In this document: in pieces, positions 10,611 through 22,605 of the stretch | Layout of the letters: the number at the start of each line of letters is the position of its first letter | How positions within the stretch are numbered: the first letter of the stretch is position 1 | Notes under the pieces: model-generated | Database searches by the model: none | What the model was told of the DNA's origin: nothing | What the model saw: the letters and a program-made list of their open reading frames with translations, nothing else | Assembly: GCA_965113315.1 (NCBI GenBank) | Contig: OZ220365.1 | DNA: 64,000 nucleotides | Strand: one strand, 5' to 3' | DNA from: Podarcis vaucheri | Taxonomy: Eukaryota | Position numbers and translations under genes: made by a program

Positions 10611-11727
10611 CAGGGGTGCCCAAACTTTTTTCAAGGAGGGCCAGATTTGATGAAGTGAAGGGCCGTGAGGGCCAACCAAAGTTGTTGCGCTTTTTTTAGG
10701 ATTGAAATTGTTGAGCTTTTTTTTTTTTAGGGTTGAAGTTGTTGAGGGGTTTTTTGAGGATTTTACCCCATAAACTGCTGAAGGGGCCGGATTAGGCCCC
10801 CGAAATGGACTTTGGACATGTCTGTGGTAGAGCCTTTGGCCAACAAGGGAATCAAAGGTGGGAAAGGAGATTGCAGAGGAGCTGAACAGATTATTTGCAT
10901 CTGTCTTCAGAGCAGAAGACTCGCGAGTAACATAAAAGTAATAAGGAGAGATGCGAGCCGGGAAGGGCCCGGCCGGGCGGCGACTCACCTCGCAGGCGGT
11001 GCACCATCCCTTTGGCCCAGGCGAGGCGGCGGCGGCTGCTCAGCGACCTCCTTGCCCGTCTCCTCGTGAGGGAAACGCGGCGTCAGGGCGCCTCCGGCGG
11101 AGCAAGGCCGCTGGCCTGCCTTCCCCTCCGCCTTCCTCCTTTTCGCCGCGCCACCTGCACCTCCGCTGCCTCCCGCTCTCGGCGGGCCCTCCCGGGTGTC
11201 GGGCTCCGAGGGCGAAGGCACCCCACTCCACCACGCCCATCTGCAGCACGGCCCCCGCCGCCACGCTCCCGCCAGCCGCCCTGGCCGCTTCGCCCGCCTC
11301 GGGCTCGAAGCCCGGGTTGTCCCGGCTCCAGGCCTGCCTTGAGCAAGACGAGAGCGGCGGCAACGGCGAGCAAGACGAAGGAGGAGGAAAAGAAGAAGAA
11401 GCGGCGGCGGCGACTCCGCCGCTGCCCGGCGGGTCCCGCAGCCGCCCCAGCTCCAGATGCTCCAGGCCGCCGGGAGGGCAAAGTCCCGCTATGGCCCCCC
11501 GACCCTGGACGAAGGCCGCCGCCGCCTCATAAATTTTCACTCAGGCCGGCCAAGTAACGGCGCGGGAAGGGAGCGCCTTCGCTTTCTCCACCGTCCGCCT
11601 TCCAGCCCCCCAGCCCCGCCCACAGCGCACTGCCTCGCAGGGGGAAGCGGGCTGGCAGCTACACGGGCCACATGACGAGGTCTGGCGGGCCGGATTTGGC
11701 CCGCGGGCCTTGTGTCTGACACCCGTG
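10611..11727. mobile_element. Composite hAT (Charlie-like) element carrying a captured PKD2 5' fragment
   Basis: Perfect TSD ATCTACTA (10603-10610, 11728-11735); ends CAGGGGTG / CACCCGTG; hAT subterminal GGGCCGGAT.TGGCCC motifs; additional internal right end finishing at 10824. Confidence 0.88.
10989..11530 (-). pseudogene. PKD2: Transposon-captured, frameshifted copy of polycystin-2 exon 1
   Basis: PPLSSCSRQAWSRDNPGFE at 11360-11304, upstream GLC..GLE...RDPP, and LAWAKGMVHRLRG|GTGAGT phase-1 donor at 10989/10988 (human as recalled: RVAWAERLVRGLRG|). The segments lie in different frames. Confidence 0.88.
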
Positions 11728-12129
11728 ATCTACTACTACCCTACCAACCAATATAAACAGACTAAAAGGGAGGCAACCCTCCCCCAAACCCTCATTTTGG
11801 TGGGTGGGCAAGTTGCCTTGGTAGGTGCTGCATTGGGGACATCAGGCTTAAATTAGTGTTTTTAAAATGGACAGTGCAATTTTATGCATGTCTGCTCAGA
11901 AGTAAGTTGGTGGCAGTTGAATGGAAGCAGAAAGAGGATGGTTGAGTAAAAGCTCTTTCATTAGATAATGAAGAACATTATGATTATATTGTCCACTTTA
12001 ACTTGTGCCTCTTCAGGTGCAACTGTTAAATCATTTTGTCATGTCAGAAGTGCACCAGCAAAGTTTACTCTTATTTCCCTTTCTTGCTATAATGACTTAA
12101 ATAAATCCTTTCATGCTGTTTCTTGGAAG

Positions 12130-12236
12130 GATTATGATTCTATTGTGAAGCTGGTAGAGACATTAGAAAAACTTCCAACCTTTGACTTGGCTTTGCATCA
12201 TCACGTGAAGTTTCATTATGCATTTGCACTGAACAG
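12130..12236 (+). CDS. MAP3K5: ASK1 exon 6 (107 bp) [10 protein letters not shown]...YAFALNR
   Basis: aag|G ... AG|gtaaga. Confidence 0.95.
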
Positions 12237-12390
12237 GTAAGAGCTTTCCTTCCTAATGACATTTTGTTGGTTTCGTGTAAGTCATTTCCTTAAATGTTAC
12301 TTCTACAAAAGCTTTAAGCTTTTCTTAGCTTTTTCAGTGGAACTTCTTATTCGAGTCATATGTCTCTTTCTGCATATTCCCTGCCTTCTT

Positions 12391-12444
12391 TTCTTCTTCT
12401 TCTTCTTCTTCTTCTTCTTCTTCTTCTTCTTCTTCTTCTTCTTC
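12391..12444 (+). repeat. (TTC)n microsatellite
   Basis: about 18 tandem TTC units. Confidence 0.95.
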
Positions 12445-12999
12445 CTTCTTCACACCCTGGGAGTTAGATTTGGCTTTCCATCTGTGTGAAAATCGATATT
12501 TAACTTTATTTTCTTCTCATGATTATGAAAGCAGTTTGATCAAACAGAAAACATGAAGAGACGATTGTTGATTGAACAATCCATGAAACATACTCAAAAG
12601 CATAAAGTACAAATCGGCACAATTCTGGCCAGACGTGATGTGCAGCATGCACACTGACGTAAATGTGCACAATGTACTGTAGGCATGTAATTGTAAGCAG
12701 GCCTTGTGCCCTTGCAAGAATACAACATGACTTCTCTGTGGCTGAAATAATTAGCCTGTATGAATACTCTCTTAGGATTAGAATGGTAGACTAAAATTTT
12801 GAGCTGTGGTTCTCTAAATTGTGCACGAGGCAAACTGGGGGCATGGCAGGGTGCAGTAGGGCCTGTAGAATTGTTAAGAGAAATGAAATCTCTGTGTTGC
12901 ATCTTTAGTATGTTAGGGTTAGGGTTCGCTCACTTAGAGCTAGCCTAGATATCTACATCAATGGTGTTCCCTGGTGGAAACTGGAATGCTTATGACTTG

Positions 13000-13960
13000 A
13001 CAGTCTTAATTTACATAATGAATTGTGCTAAACAATTTAGCTAAGTCATATCTATTCTGGTGTGGAGTTTTCGATACCTGGCTATATCTGTCTGGGATAG
13101 TTTATGGGCCAAAAAATGAAGGTTAGTCCAGTCAAGACAGAGGTTCTGTTGGTGAACTGTGTGACCTGTGCAGTGGTGTTCAACTCGTTCTGGATGCACT
13201 CCCTCAAAAGGTTTTGGAGAGCTGAAACACCTAGTTTTGTTACTGGAGACCAATTGGCATCTATGCAATACAGTACCTTTTACCAGCTAAGGCAAGTTCT
13301 CCAGTTATAACTAAAATGAACCCTCTGAGGAAGAGCCAGTTTGTTCACAGCATGTCTGATGCAAAACATTTGTTGGAATGTCTCTATATTGAAAACTATT
13401 TTTCCTGCACTTTTTGACTTGCAACTACTTTTATAGCTCAAATTGGTGCCTCCCCATTCTTTTGCCTTTGCATCAGCTATGATTCCCTCCCCTTGGAGGG
13501 AGAGAATATCTGGCTACTGGTATCCATTTCCTAGTAACCTCCAAATTAGACTGAAGTATGTGGGGTTTCCTCTGAAGACATTTCAGAAACTTCAGTTCAA
13601 AACAGAGATGCTCGACTATTAATTAGGAATGGCTGTGGGAAATAGTTGTTTTGAAAAATGAGAACACTTGCTGCTATTCAGTTACCAAGCACAGTCAAAG
13701 GCTCTGTTGCTTTTAAAAGCTCAAAACAGCTTAGGACCCAGATACCTCTAAAAGACTATTTTCCCCCACCTGAGCTGACCAAACTTTACAATCCTCATCA
13801 ATGACCCTTCCTTGAGTCCTTCCACTCTTCTGAAGCTGAGCTGGTGGTGACTGTTGTGTGCTGTGCCCTCAGTTGTCCCGTGTGGAGGTGGAATGACTTT
13901 CCCACGAGGCTCACTTGGCACTGAATCTGATGTCCTTCTGACACCAGGCAATGATTTACC
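13000..13960 (+). mobile_element. Highly degraded L2 LINE 3' fragment
   Basis: residual peptides KVSPVKTEVLLV, FYQLRQV, G(F)PLK..QKLQ; boundaries approximate. Confidence 0.6.
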
Positions 13961-14314
13961 CAGACCTTCCAGCATGTCGTTGAAGCTGGTTTAAACTGAG
14001 GGTTGTTGTTTTTTACTGATTCTGCTGGGTTTATGCATGTATTTGTTGGGTTGGTTTTAATGTTGCATTCTACTGTGCATGATGCTGTTTTTTTTATTAT
14101 TGTTGTGAAACAGTCTTGGGAGTTGTTTTATTCACCTTGCAAATTTTGTAAAATGAAGGGAAGCGTATAAATATTTTAGGTAAATAAATATTGTCACTAG
14201 AGGCTAGCATCCTTGTGACGAGTGCAATGTTTAGACCATCTCTTGTTTGCAAGACATCTGGTGATGTGCATATATGAAATGTCTTATCTGGATCACGAAA
14301 CAAAGCACAATGTA

Positions 14315-14958
14315 CCGTATTTTGCGCCCCATAGGACGCTCTGGCCCATAGGACACACCTAGTTTTTTTGGGGGGAAATAAAGAAAAAAAAATTATTTCC
14401 CCCCCAGGTGCGGGGCTGGAAGAACCAGGTCGGGGAACAGTGGGAAGGCACGCTCTGCCTCCCCGCTGTCCCCCGAGCTTGTGGGGCTGGCGATGGGGAG
14501 AAGTGCGCTGATCCTGGGACTGCAGGCAGCTCTGCGCCGCCATCCGGAGCGGGGCGGGACTTAGCGCCCCGCTCCCGATGGCCGCGCAGAGCTGCGCTGA
14601 TCCCGGGACTTAGCACCCCGCTCCCGATGGCGGCGCAGATCTGCCTGCAGTCCCGGGACGGCAGGCAGCTCTGCGCCGCCATTGGGAGCAGGGCGGGGCT
14701 TCGCTCCCGGCTCCCGGTGGCCGCGCAGAGCTGCGCTGAACCGGGGACTGCAGGCAGCTCTGTGCAACCCTCGGAGCTGGTCTCCCGAGGGTTGCGCAGA
14801 GCTTCCTGAAGCCTGGAGAGCGAGAGGGGTTGGTGCGCACTGACCCCTCTCGCTCTCCAGGCTTCAGCGAAAGCCTGCATTCGCCCCATAGGACGCACCC
14901 AGATTTCCCCTTCATTTTTGGAGGGGAAAAAGTGCGTCCTATAGGGCAAAAAAAACGG
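14315..14958. mobile_element. Tc2-like (TcMar) non-autonomous element with GC-rich repetitive interior
   Basis: TA TSD; TIR CCGTATTTT.CGCCCCATAGGACGC. Confidence 0.88.
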
Positions 14959-17638
14959 TAATCTCCAATTCACTGCTTTGCTACATAATGCAATAGTCTT
15001 TGATTCCCGTTCTTTATGTTGATTGCTACCATTAGAAATAATGCTTCCCCTACACCCCCCACACCCCTACTTTTTCTTTCCTGGAATAAGTTAGGCCTCA
15101 CCTGACCCTGGGCCCTCCCTCTCTCCTCCAATTTCTTTTGATCTGCATTGTAGTGGGACCTGACACTGATTTCAGTTACATTTGGGGAAGCTCGTTGGAC
15201 CAGGATTTGAAACCTTTTGCCATATATAATATATAAGCTGCTATGGTTATATGCCCTAGCATAACCCTGCAGAGAGGTCGTTATCAGTGGGGCAAGCTCA
15301 GAACTGGGCAGCAAAATGTTGGGCTACAGTGCAGCCAATATTCCATTTGCAATGCCGCCGCTGTCTTCTGGCAGCTGCCAGTTTATTTCACACAGTGATA
15401 TCTGTGGTGGCTTGGGAAATAGGTGGGACAAAACAGCTTCTGTTAGGAAGTGGCAGCAGATAACAAGAAGCAGAGGGCAACTGATGGGGCTCTGAACTTT
15501 GGCTTTCTTTCTTATCAGATTTGGAAGCTCCGCACCTGGACAAATTTGGTCTTCCTCAGAAATTCCTTTAGCTATCTAGCAACAAAGGTGTGCTTAGCAC
15601 GGCATAGAAAATACAAGGCATTCTGTCCCTGCATAAGAATATGCAGGGGCAACAATTTGGTTTTTTAAAATATTATTTTAAAAAGGGAAATTGAACATTT
15701 CCTGGCTTTGAATGGGTATAAGGAGGACAAGGCTTGCATTTGAGCTGCCTTTGCCAACTTAGTTCCTTGTGAGCAGAGGCTAATGGGACTTGTAGGCCAA
15801 AACGTCTGGAGGGCATCCGGTTGGTGAAGGTTCAACTGAAAAGGGGCAGAAAAGATTTCATGGAAGAAGGTTGTTTTGAAGTGGGGTATGGAATAGGATG
15901 AGTTGTGTGTGTGTCACTGGGCAAGCAAAGATGACACAGTGGAAGGGGATAGGCCAGTTCCCAGAGTCAACTGAAATGATATTTGGCAATCTCTTTTCTC
16001 TTGACTAGTAATGTGTTCACATTGTAAGGAAGTTCTAGCTGTAATCTGTGAGCCATGATAGCTTTCACAGTCCTTGTGATAGTTGTAGTTATGGCACAAT
16101 ATGTCTAAACTCATCATCATCATAAAGATATGTACAGAAAGTTCACCTTTGTTGTAATCTTGAAGAACAGAAAGTGTGTGTGGGTACCAGTTTTAAGTTT
16201 TGAATATCTCATAATGGTAAAATGTAAAATACTTTAGGCAACTTGAGGTAGGAGTGAGGCTTGTTCTTCTAATGTTTCAGCTTGAAACAATGCATCATTC
16301 CTTTGGCAAATAATGGGGTGGAAGCAGAATCATGTGAGTCTACTGCTCAGAACAAATCCACTTGGAACAAAGTGTCATATCCAGTTTAGGGACTTGTGCC
16401 TTTCATGTTTGATAAGCAGAGAGCAAAGTGGCAACCGGGAAGTAAGCAGGTGAGAAAAAAATCTGCAAAAAATCTGGAGCAAATGTTGCCACCACTTAAT
16501 CAGCATTTTACAAAATGGTTACATAACATATGTGACTTGAAATGGACTCTGTATTAAGTGAATGTTTAGCCTCTTACAGCCATGTTAAATTTCTCATATC
16601 AGTCAGCTTTCTAGATGGAAAGTTGAGGACAAAACAGAGATAAAATATAGTTGGAATTATGTGGAGAAAATCTAATTAATTTGGTGATTTTGCCTCTTTG
16701 GGCATTCTTTATTTGTTCGTTATTTTACAAAGCTGCAAAGCACAGAAAGGCACTCTTGAATGCCTCCTTCATTGTGTTGCTAGGGAAATATGGAGAGGGC
16801 TGCTTACCCAGGGATGCTTCAAATGTGACTAATTTCCTGCACGTATAGCTTCTGTATAGAACAGCTATACAAACAAGGTCTAGATTACCATGTGTGACAA
16901 TTGCACATGGGATTATTTTTTAGCATATAAACACACTGTACAAGCAGCAAAAGTAATCTGTATTTGAGAGTCGATGGCTTGTTTGTGTGCTTTTTCTACT
17001 TGGAAAAGCTGTATGCTGGAATCGGTTGCATTAGAAGCAATTCTGCATCTCAAAGAAACTTGCATTAATTTGAGGTCAGCCAAGGAATGAATGTTTCTGA
17101 TGATCGTGAGAACATGGAATGGGAAGACCTTCAAAAAGTGGTCAGTGCAAGAATGGATTCTTCCTGCACTGACCAATCAGCAAGTAGTCTTTATTATTAT
17201 TATTATTTCCTACTTGAGAGCAACAAACTATTTTTTTAAGTCAAAAAGCCTCAACTGACTGTGACAGATTATGAGATCCATTTCGTGTTGCTACCTTTAT
17301 TGCAACCTGTTATGTTAAAACTCCAGATGAAAATCATACTGCAAAGAGAAACTATTCTGTAATATCTGAACAGAGAGTTTACTAAAATGTTCCCTGTTTC
17401 ATATGCATTATGTCATGCTGCCAGATGCCTACAGTATAATTTTCTGTGAAGAGCAAAAGGAGAAGGTTATTTTCATTCGATTTAATGAGACAGCTATCTT
17501 TTCTCTCTGCCTTGCCCGCCAGCTCTATTCAAATTCTAGCCATGCTAAAAGAACGCAAAGTGTTCAGATATCAGGACAACAGAGAATTATGACAAATTCA
17601 AATGTTTGTATTCTTTTTTATATATTAAAAAACCCCAG

Positions 17639-17809
17639 GCGAAATCTTCCTGGAGACAGACAGAAAGCTCTAGATATTATGATACCTCTAGTGGAACATG
17701 AGAGTCAAGTACCTTCTGATATGTACTGCCTTGTGGGACGGATCTACAAAGATATCTTTCTGGATTCTGGATTTACAGATACAGAAAGTAGAGACCAAGG
17801 CACCTTATG
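17639..17809 (+). CDS. MAP3K5: ASK1 exon 7 (171 bp) RNLPGDRQKAL...RDQGTLW
   Basis: ccag|G ... TG|gtaagt. Confidence 0.95.
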
Positions 17810-19070
17810 GTAAGTAGCACCATGTTACATGCCCACATAATTTTAACAAAAACACTCCAGCTGACAACAGAAGTTGGAAATGGGCTCCTTTTTATATTTC
17901 TACAAACTCATGGCTACATAAAATTAATTAATAATCTTGTGAATAAATATGATTCCAGTTAGACTGGGCAACTTCACAGTTGATGTCGTAGGATAGGGGC
18001 CAACTCTTCCACTGCCAGAAGTTTTGTTTCATTATTTTTTATTGCCCATTGAAGCATGCTCGATGAGTCCATGTGGCTTATCTTCCTATCTTCTCTCATG
18101 ATCTGCTTGTTTCCAAGTTGAGGACAAGAGTGAACGCTGCTAGGTGATAGACTTTCTATTAATATCAACACAGCGATGACAAGTTAATTATTAGCTGTCA
18201 GATTTTTCCCAGACACGTTGCTGCTATAATGCTGACAGGGTAAATCAGGCAAGATGGTTTTCTTCCTCTTGTTAGCTTGGCTAACAAGTCTCTAGCTAGT
18301 CTGGGTGTGGGCCCAAAGCTGTCAGCTGGTTAGGTTCAGCTTGTGCCAGTTTCCAGTAGATGACTGTAGCCAAGCAGGCATAGCCAAACAGCAGCCTATA
18401 GCAGAGAGAGAGAAGAGGGTTAAAGGAGGACAGATATTAGAAGTTGAAGAGAGTAACTTGTTAGCAACAAGCTTCCAGCATAGTACTAGGAGTTCTGCTA
18501 AAAATGTTTAGAGCTGTTAAGTCATTAAATTGACCTTGTATACTGAATGTTTAGTTCCTTGTATACATGGTGTAACAAGGCTGACATGCTGGTGCAGTTT
18601 TATTTTGTTTACAATGAGTTTTTATTATTGTGCTGGGCAGACATTTTATGTGCTCTAGTGATATAAAGGTTTGGCTTTAGCATTTAATGTATTACAGTAT
18701 ATTTTGTATTGTTTCCATATGCATTTTTAAAGGAGATTCTGTCGCACACTAAAGAAAACTTCCACCTAGACAGATTCTCCTAAAAGCCAGATATAAAAAG
18801 CTATTCAATTTTTATTAATTTTAAGAATTTTAAATAAATTGTGAGACTGTGACTGGAAATAAAGTCTGTCACCTTGAAGGGCTTTTACTTGCCAGCTGCA
18901 TTTGTACATAATGCTAAACCATGATTTTAGCACTACATTTACAAACTGAAACAAGCCCAAGCAAAGTCTTGGGCTTCCTCTTTCCTTCCACGCACCTGGA
19001 AATCTCTATCTTAGTTAGTTGTTACATGCAGATAAGATACTATGGTGCTTCACAACCTCTGGTTAACTAA

Positions 19071-20005
19071 GGTAAAGGTAAAGGACCCCTGGACGGTTAA
19101 GGCCAGTCAAAGGCGACTATGCGGGAGCCGGTGTTTGTCCACAGGCAGCTTTCCGGGTCATGCGCCCACATGACTAAACCACTTCTGGTGCAGCAGAACC
19201 CCGTGAGGAAACCAGAGTGCATGGAAATGCCATTTACCTTCCCATCACAGTGGTACCTACCGTATTTTTCGCCCCATAGGACGCACTTTTTCCCCTCCAA
19301 AAATGAAGGGGAAATGTGTGTGCGTCCTATGGGGCGAATGCAGGCTTTCGCTGAAGCCTGGAGAGCGAGAGGCATCGGTGCGCACCGACCCCTCTCGCTC
19401 TCCAGGCTTCAGGAAGCTATCCGCAAGCCTTGCAAGCCCGGTGGGAGTTCCTGTGGGCTCACAAGGCTTGCGGGCAGCAGCCTGCAGCCCCCGCGAGTGT
19501 CCGCAAGCCTTGCGCGCCCGACAGGAGGTCCCGCTGAGCGCACGAGGCTTGGGGCGGCAGCCTCTGGAGGGCTCCCCATGCTTTGGGCGAGTGTCTGCAA
19601 GCCTCTCGCGCCCGGCAGGAGGTCCCGCCGGGTGCGGGAGGCTTGGGGCGGCAGCCTGTCGCCCGAAGCACGGGGAGCCCTCCGGAGGGCCTCCAGAGGG
19701 TGCCCCGTGCTTCGGGCAGGTGAGCGCAAGGCTTGGGGTGGCAGCCAGGGCGGGGGGAGGGGAAATAAATTTTTTTATTCATTTCCCCCCAAAAAACTGA
19801 GGTGTGTCCTATGGGCCGGTGCGCCCTATAGGACGAAAAATACGGTATTTATCTACTTGCACTGGTGTGCTTTCAAACTGCTAAGTTGGCAGGAGCTGGG
19901 ACAGAGCAACAGGAACTCACCCTGTTGTGCGGATTCGAACCTCCAACCGTCTGATCGGCAAGCCCAAGAGGCTCAGTGGTTTAGACCACAGTGCCACCCA
20001 CATCC
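19071..20005 (-). mobile_element. Sauria SINE interrupted by a Tc2-like element
   Basis: TSD CTGGTTAACTAA at 19059-19070 and 20006-20017; the SINE halves rejoin at GGTACC-TA-TTTATCTACTTG. Confidence 0.92.
19260..19845. mobile_element. Tc2-like non-autonomous element (nested)
   Basis: TA duplication; TIR CCGTATTTTTCG.CC.ATAGG. Confidence 0.9.
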
Positions 20006-21799
20006 CTGGTTAACTAAACAAACTATCTTCATAATATTTTTTTTGGCTTCTTTTGAAACTGGCCAGGGTTTGTGATAAACCATCCCTGGTCCCCAAACAA
20101 ATACAAGATTAGTGGAAACTGAAAATAACTGCTGGTGACATCCTTCTCCTGGCCATGTGGCGGGAGGAGGAGAGGGCATGTGCTCATCCATGTGTAGCAG
20201 CAAACCATGCTTTAGCATTGCATTGGAATCCAGCTGCAGTGTGATAGCAAGCAATGTGATCCCTCATGCCATTTAGAGGCATCAGAGTCCCAAGAGCCTT
20301 TAGCCACAGGATTCATGTTGTGCTCTCAAGTTGTTCCCTGGCGGCATGTTTGTGAACTGATGACTCATGAAGTAACGAAGCAGTGAGGAAACCTCTTATC
20401 TTACATTTCTACCACTATGAGGAAGTTTCTGGAAACATCTGCACATAGAGATAGCTCAAAGTGGCACACATAATTGGGGAGAACCATTTAGTGTGGTCTC
20501 ACCCGGATCACATAGAAAGTTTCTGTAGTTGCTGGCAGTAGCATACCTTGCAAATCGTCCAAACATGCAGGACTGGCAAGTCTCTATGGCAGAGCCATCC
20601 TGTTCCTTTCCCAGGGTATTAGGCTTCTACTCAGGGTGATGGGTAAGGTCTCAGCTTACATAGCTCAAAACACTCCAGTGTTAAAATGGGTGTGCAACAG
20701 CAGAAACTGTGCCAATAGCATTTAGGGTATTTGAAGAGCCCTTCTGCTTGAGTTCTGGAGGTAAGATGGTGGTGATCCCTGTACCCATTTGATTCCTAAC
20801 TTCTTGCCTAATGCAGGTTCTTTAGCTGTACTTTTCCCTTCCTGTCCCTCCTCTGAAAGCAGCTGTTGGACTTAACTGGGCAAAGGCTGGATGAGCACAG
20901 GGAATGCAATAAACAGTCACCTTTAACCTTGTTTTGTGGTCTTTAGACAGGGTTCAGGCAGAGAGTTCTGGGCATGCTTTCACTGTGCTGTTTTGTTTTC
21001 CATACAAACAAGATTTTTGCCTTTCACCATGTAACTCCGCCACTGCCTATTTACAGTAAATTCATTTTAAAAGTTGTGGAAAGTGGGAAGTGGTGTGTCT
21101 GGTAAATATAGGCTGCCGCTTGCCTTCCTTTTGTGTGTGCACTTTGGATGAACAGAAATGCTTGTTTGGATTGGATTTAGTCTCTCATGCATTTTTGCCC
21201 TGCTTAGCAACATACCGCATTTTAAGAGATCCAAGGAATCTTACAAATTTAAGGAATTAATTGTTATTCAGTGCCAAGTTAGTGCATTCTGAGTTGAAGG
21301 ATTAACTCCAGCTTATTTGGTGGACTTTTCTCTTTTCTGTTGTAAAGTTGCCGGGAAAATGTATAGCAGCAATGAAATTATGTGTCTGCCAAACATGTTA
21401 ATTATTAGTGAGGGAGGGAAGGATTTCTTTTTTGGAAATCAACATTGTGTTAGTTTGAATGTCCTTCCTCATTTTGTCATGCCTGACTGTACTGCAAAGT
21501 GAAGAGAGGCAATAAAATGAGTTAAACTGAGTTGGAAGGACCAGTGCTCTGACCACTGATCTGCTGTGGGTTCCTTCGTCTTTTGTTTGAAAAGTTGCTG
21601 TGAGAGAGGGTAATTGAAAATGGAGACACCTTTTCCTTCTCACTCCAGTCCCTTCCAACACATCTTTTCAAACAACAAAGAGCTGCCCAGCTACATTGAC
21701 ACATGCTTAAGGGGCGTGCGTAAATGGACCCTAAGAGTGTAAGTTGTGAGCTGGGTGTCCCTGCAGTTAAAACCTCTTCTGATGAATTCATTAAGTACA

Positions 21800-21975
21800 T
21801 AGGAAGCTTCCTTATATGGAATCAGACTCTTGGTCTATCTAGCTCAGTATTGGCTACTTGGCCAGGCAGCATTTTTCTAGGTCTCCAGGCAGAGGCCTCT
21901 CCCTGCTCTACCTGGAGATGCTGGGGCTTTCGGCACGCAGTGCTGCAAGGCAGATGCTCTACGATTGAGCTACAG
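21800..21975 (-). mobile_element. Old tRNA-derived SINE with CR1-like tail (relatives near 9540-9690, 28600-28750, 37010-37510, 60632-60683)
   Basis: shared CCTGGAGATGCTGGG / GGCATCTCCA core and GTAGCTCA..GTAGAGCA head; boundaries approximate. Confidence 0.55.
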
Positions 21976-22605
21976 CACTTCCGAGTCTGTGGGCAAGCTC
22001 CTATTCCTGCAGCCTTTGTCTGCCTGACATGCCTTGTCAGGATTGTTCTCTTGTGAAGCACTTTGAGCACTTGAGATGAATTCTACAAATAAGCACTGGG
22101 TGTTGATATTATTAAATATGTATTTGAAAACTCTTCCGTCTTTCGTTCTAGTTAGGTATACTTCATAGTGCTGTACTGATTTGCCTACTGTCACAGGATC
22201 ACTGAACATAAACAAGAGAAGGATAACTTCATGACAACAATATTAATCTCTAATGAGGGGGCATAAATCATAATTCTAGTATAAATGCCATAAGGAATTT
22301 TAATGCCAGTGTTCAGAAATAGTTCTTCATGCAAAACAGCAAAGCTGTTAACCAGCTATATATTTTTCACAAGTGAATAAACACAAGAATCTGAAGAAAA
22401 CAGTAGGAGGGTGCTGTAAATGCTGGCTTCTTAAAATAACCATGCTGCCTGGATGGAAAATTATAAGCAGAATATTTTTGTGCTTAAACGGGTTGGTCAA
22501 GCTGAACAAACTGAAGAGCGGCACTTAGAGTACCAAATATGTATATAATTGTCCCTTTGTACGTCTTATTTTTTATATATATCTATAACTTGTTTGTTCT
22601 CCTAG

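Noticed and set aside
10989-11530. A genuine nested PKD2 gene
   Set aside because: Only exon 1 is seen, it is frameshifted and enclosed by hAT ends and a TSD, and I found no further PKD2 exons on the minus strand.
10951-11557. Plus-strand ORFs of 193 and 181 aa
   Set aside because: Shadow ORFs of GC-rich DNA; the recognisable homology is on the minus strand.
12913-12926. Interstitial telomeric repeat
   Set aside because: Only two TTAGGG units, which is expected by chance.
19119-20075. 318-aa ORF
   Set aside because: Chance read-through of a SINE and MITE chimera with no recognisable domain.
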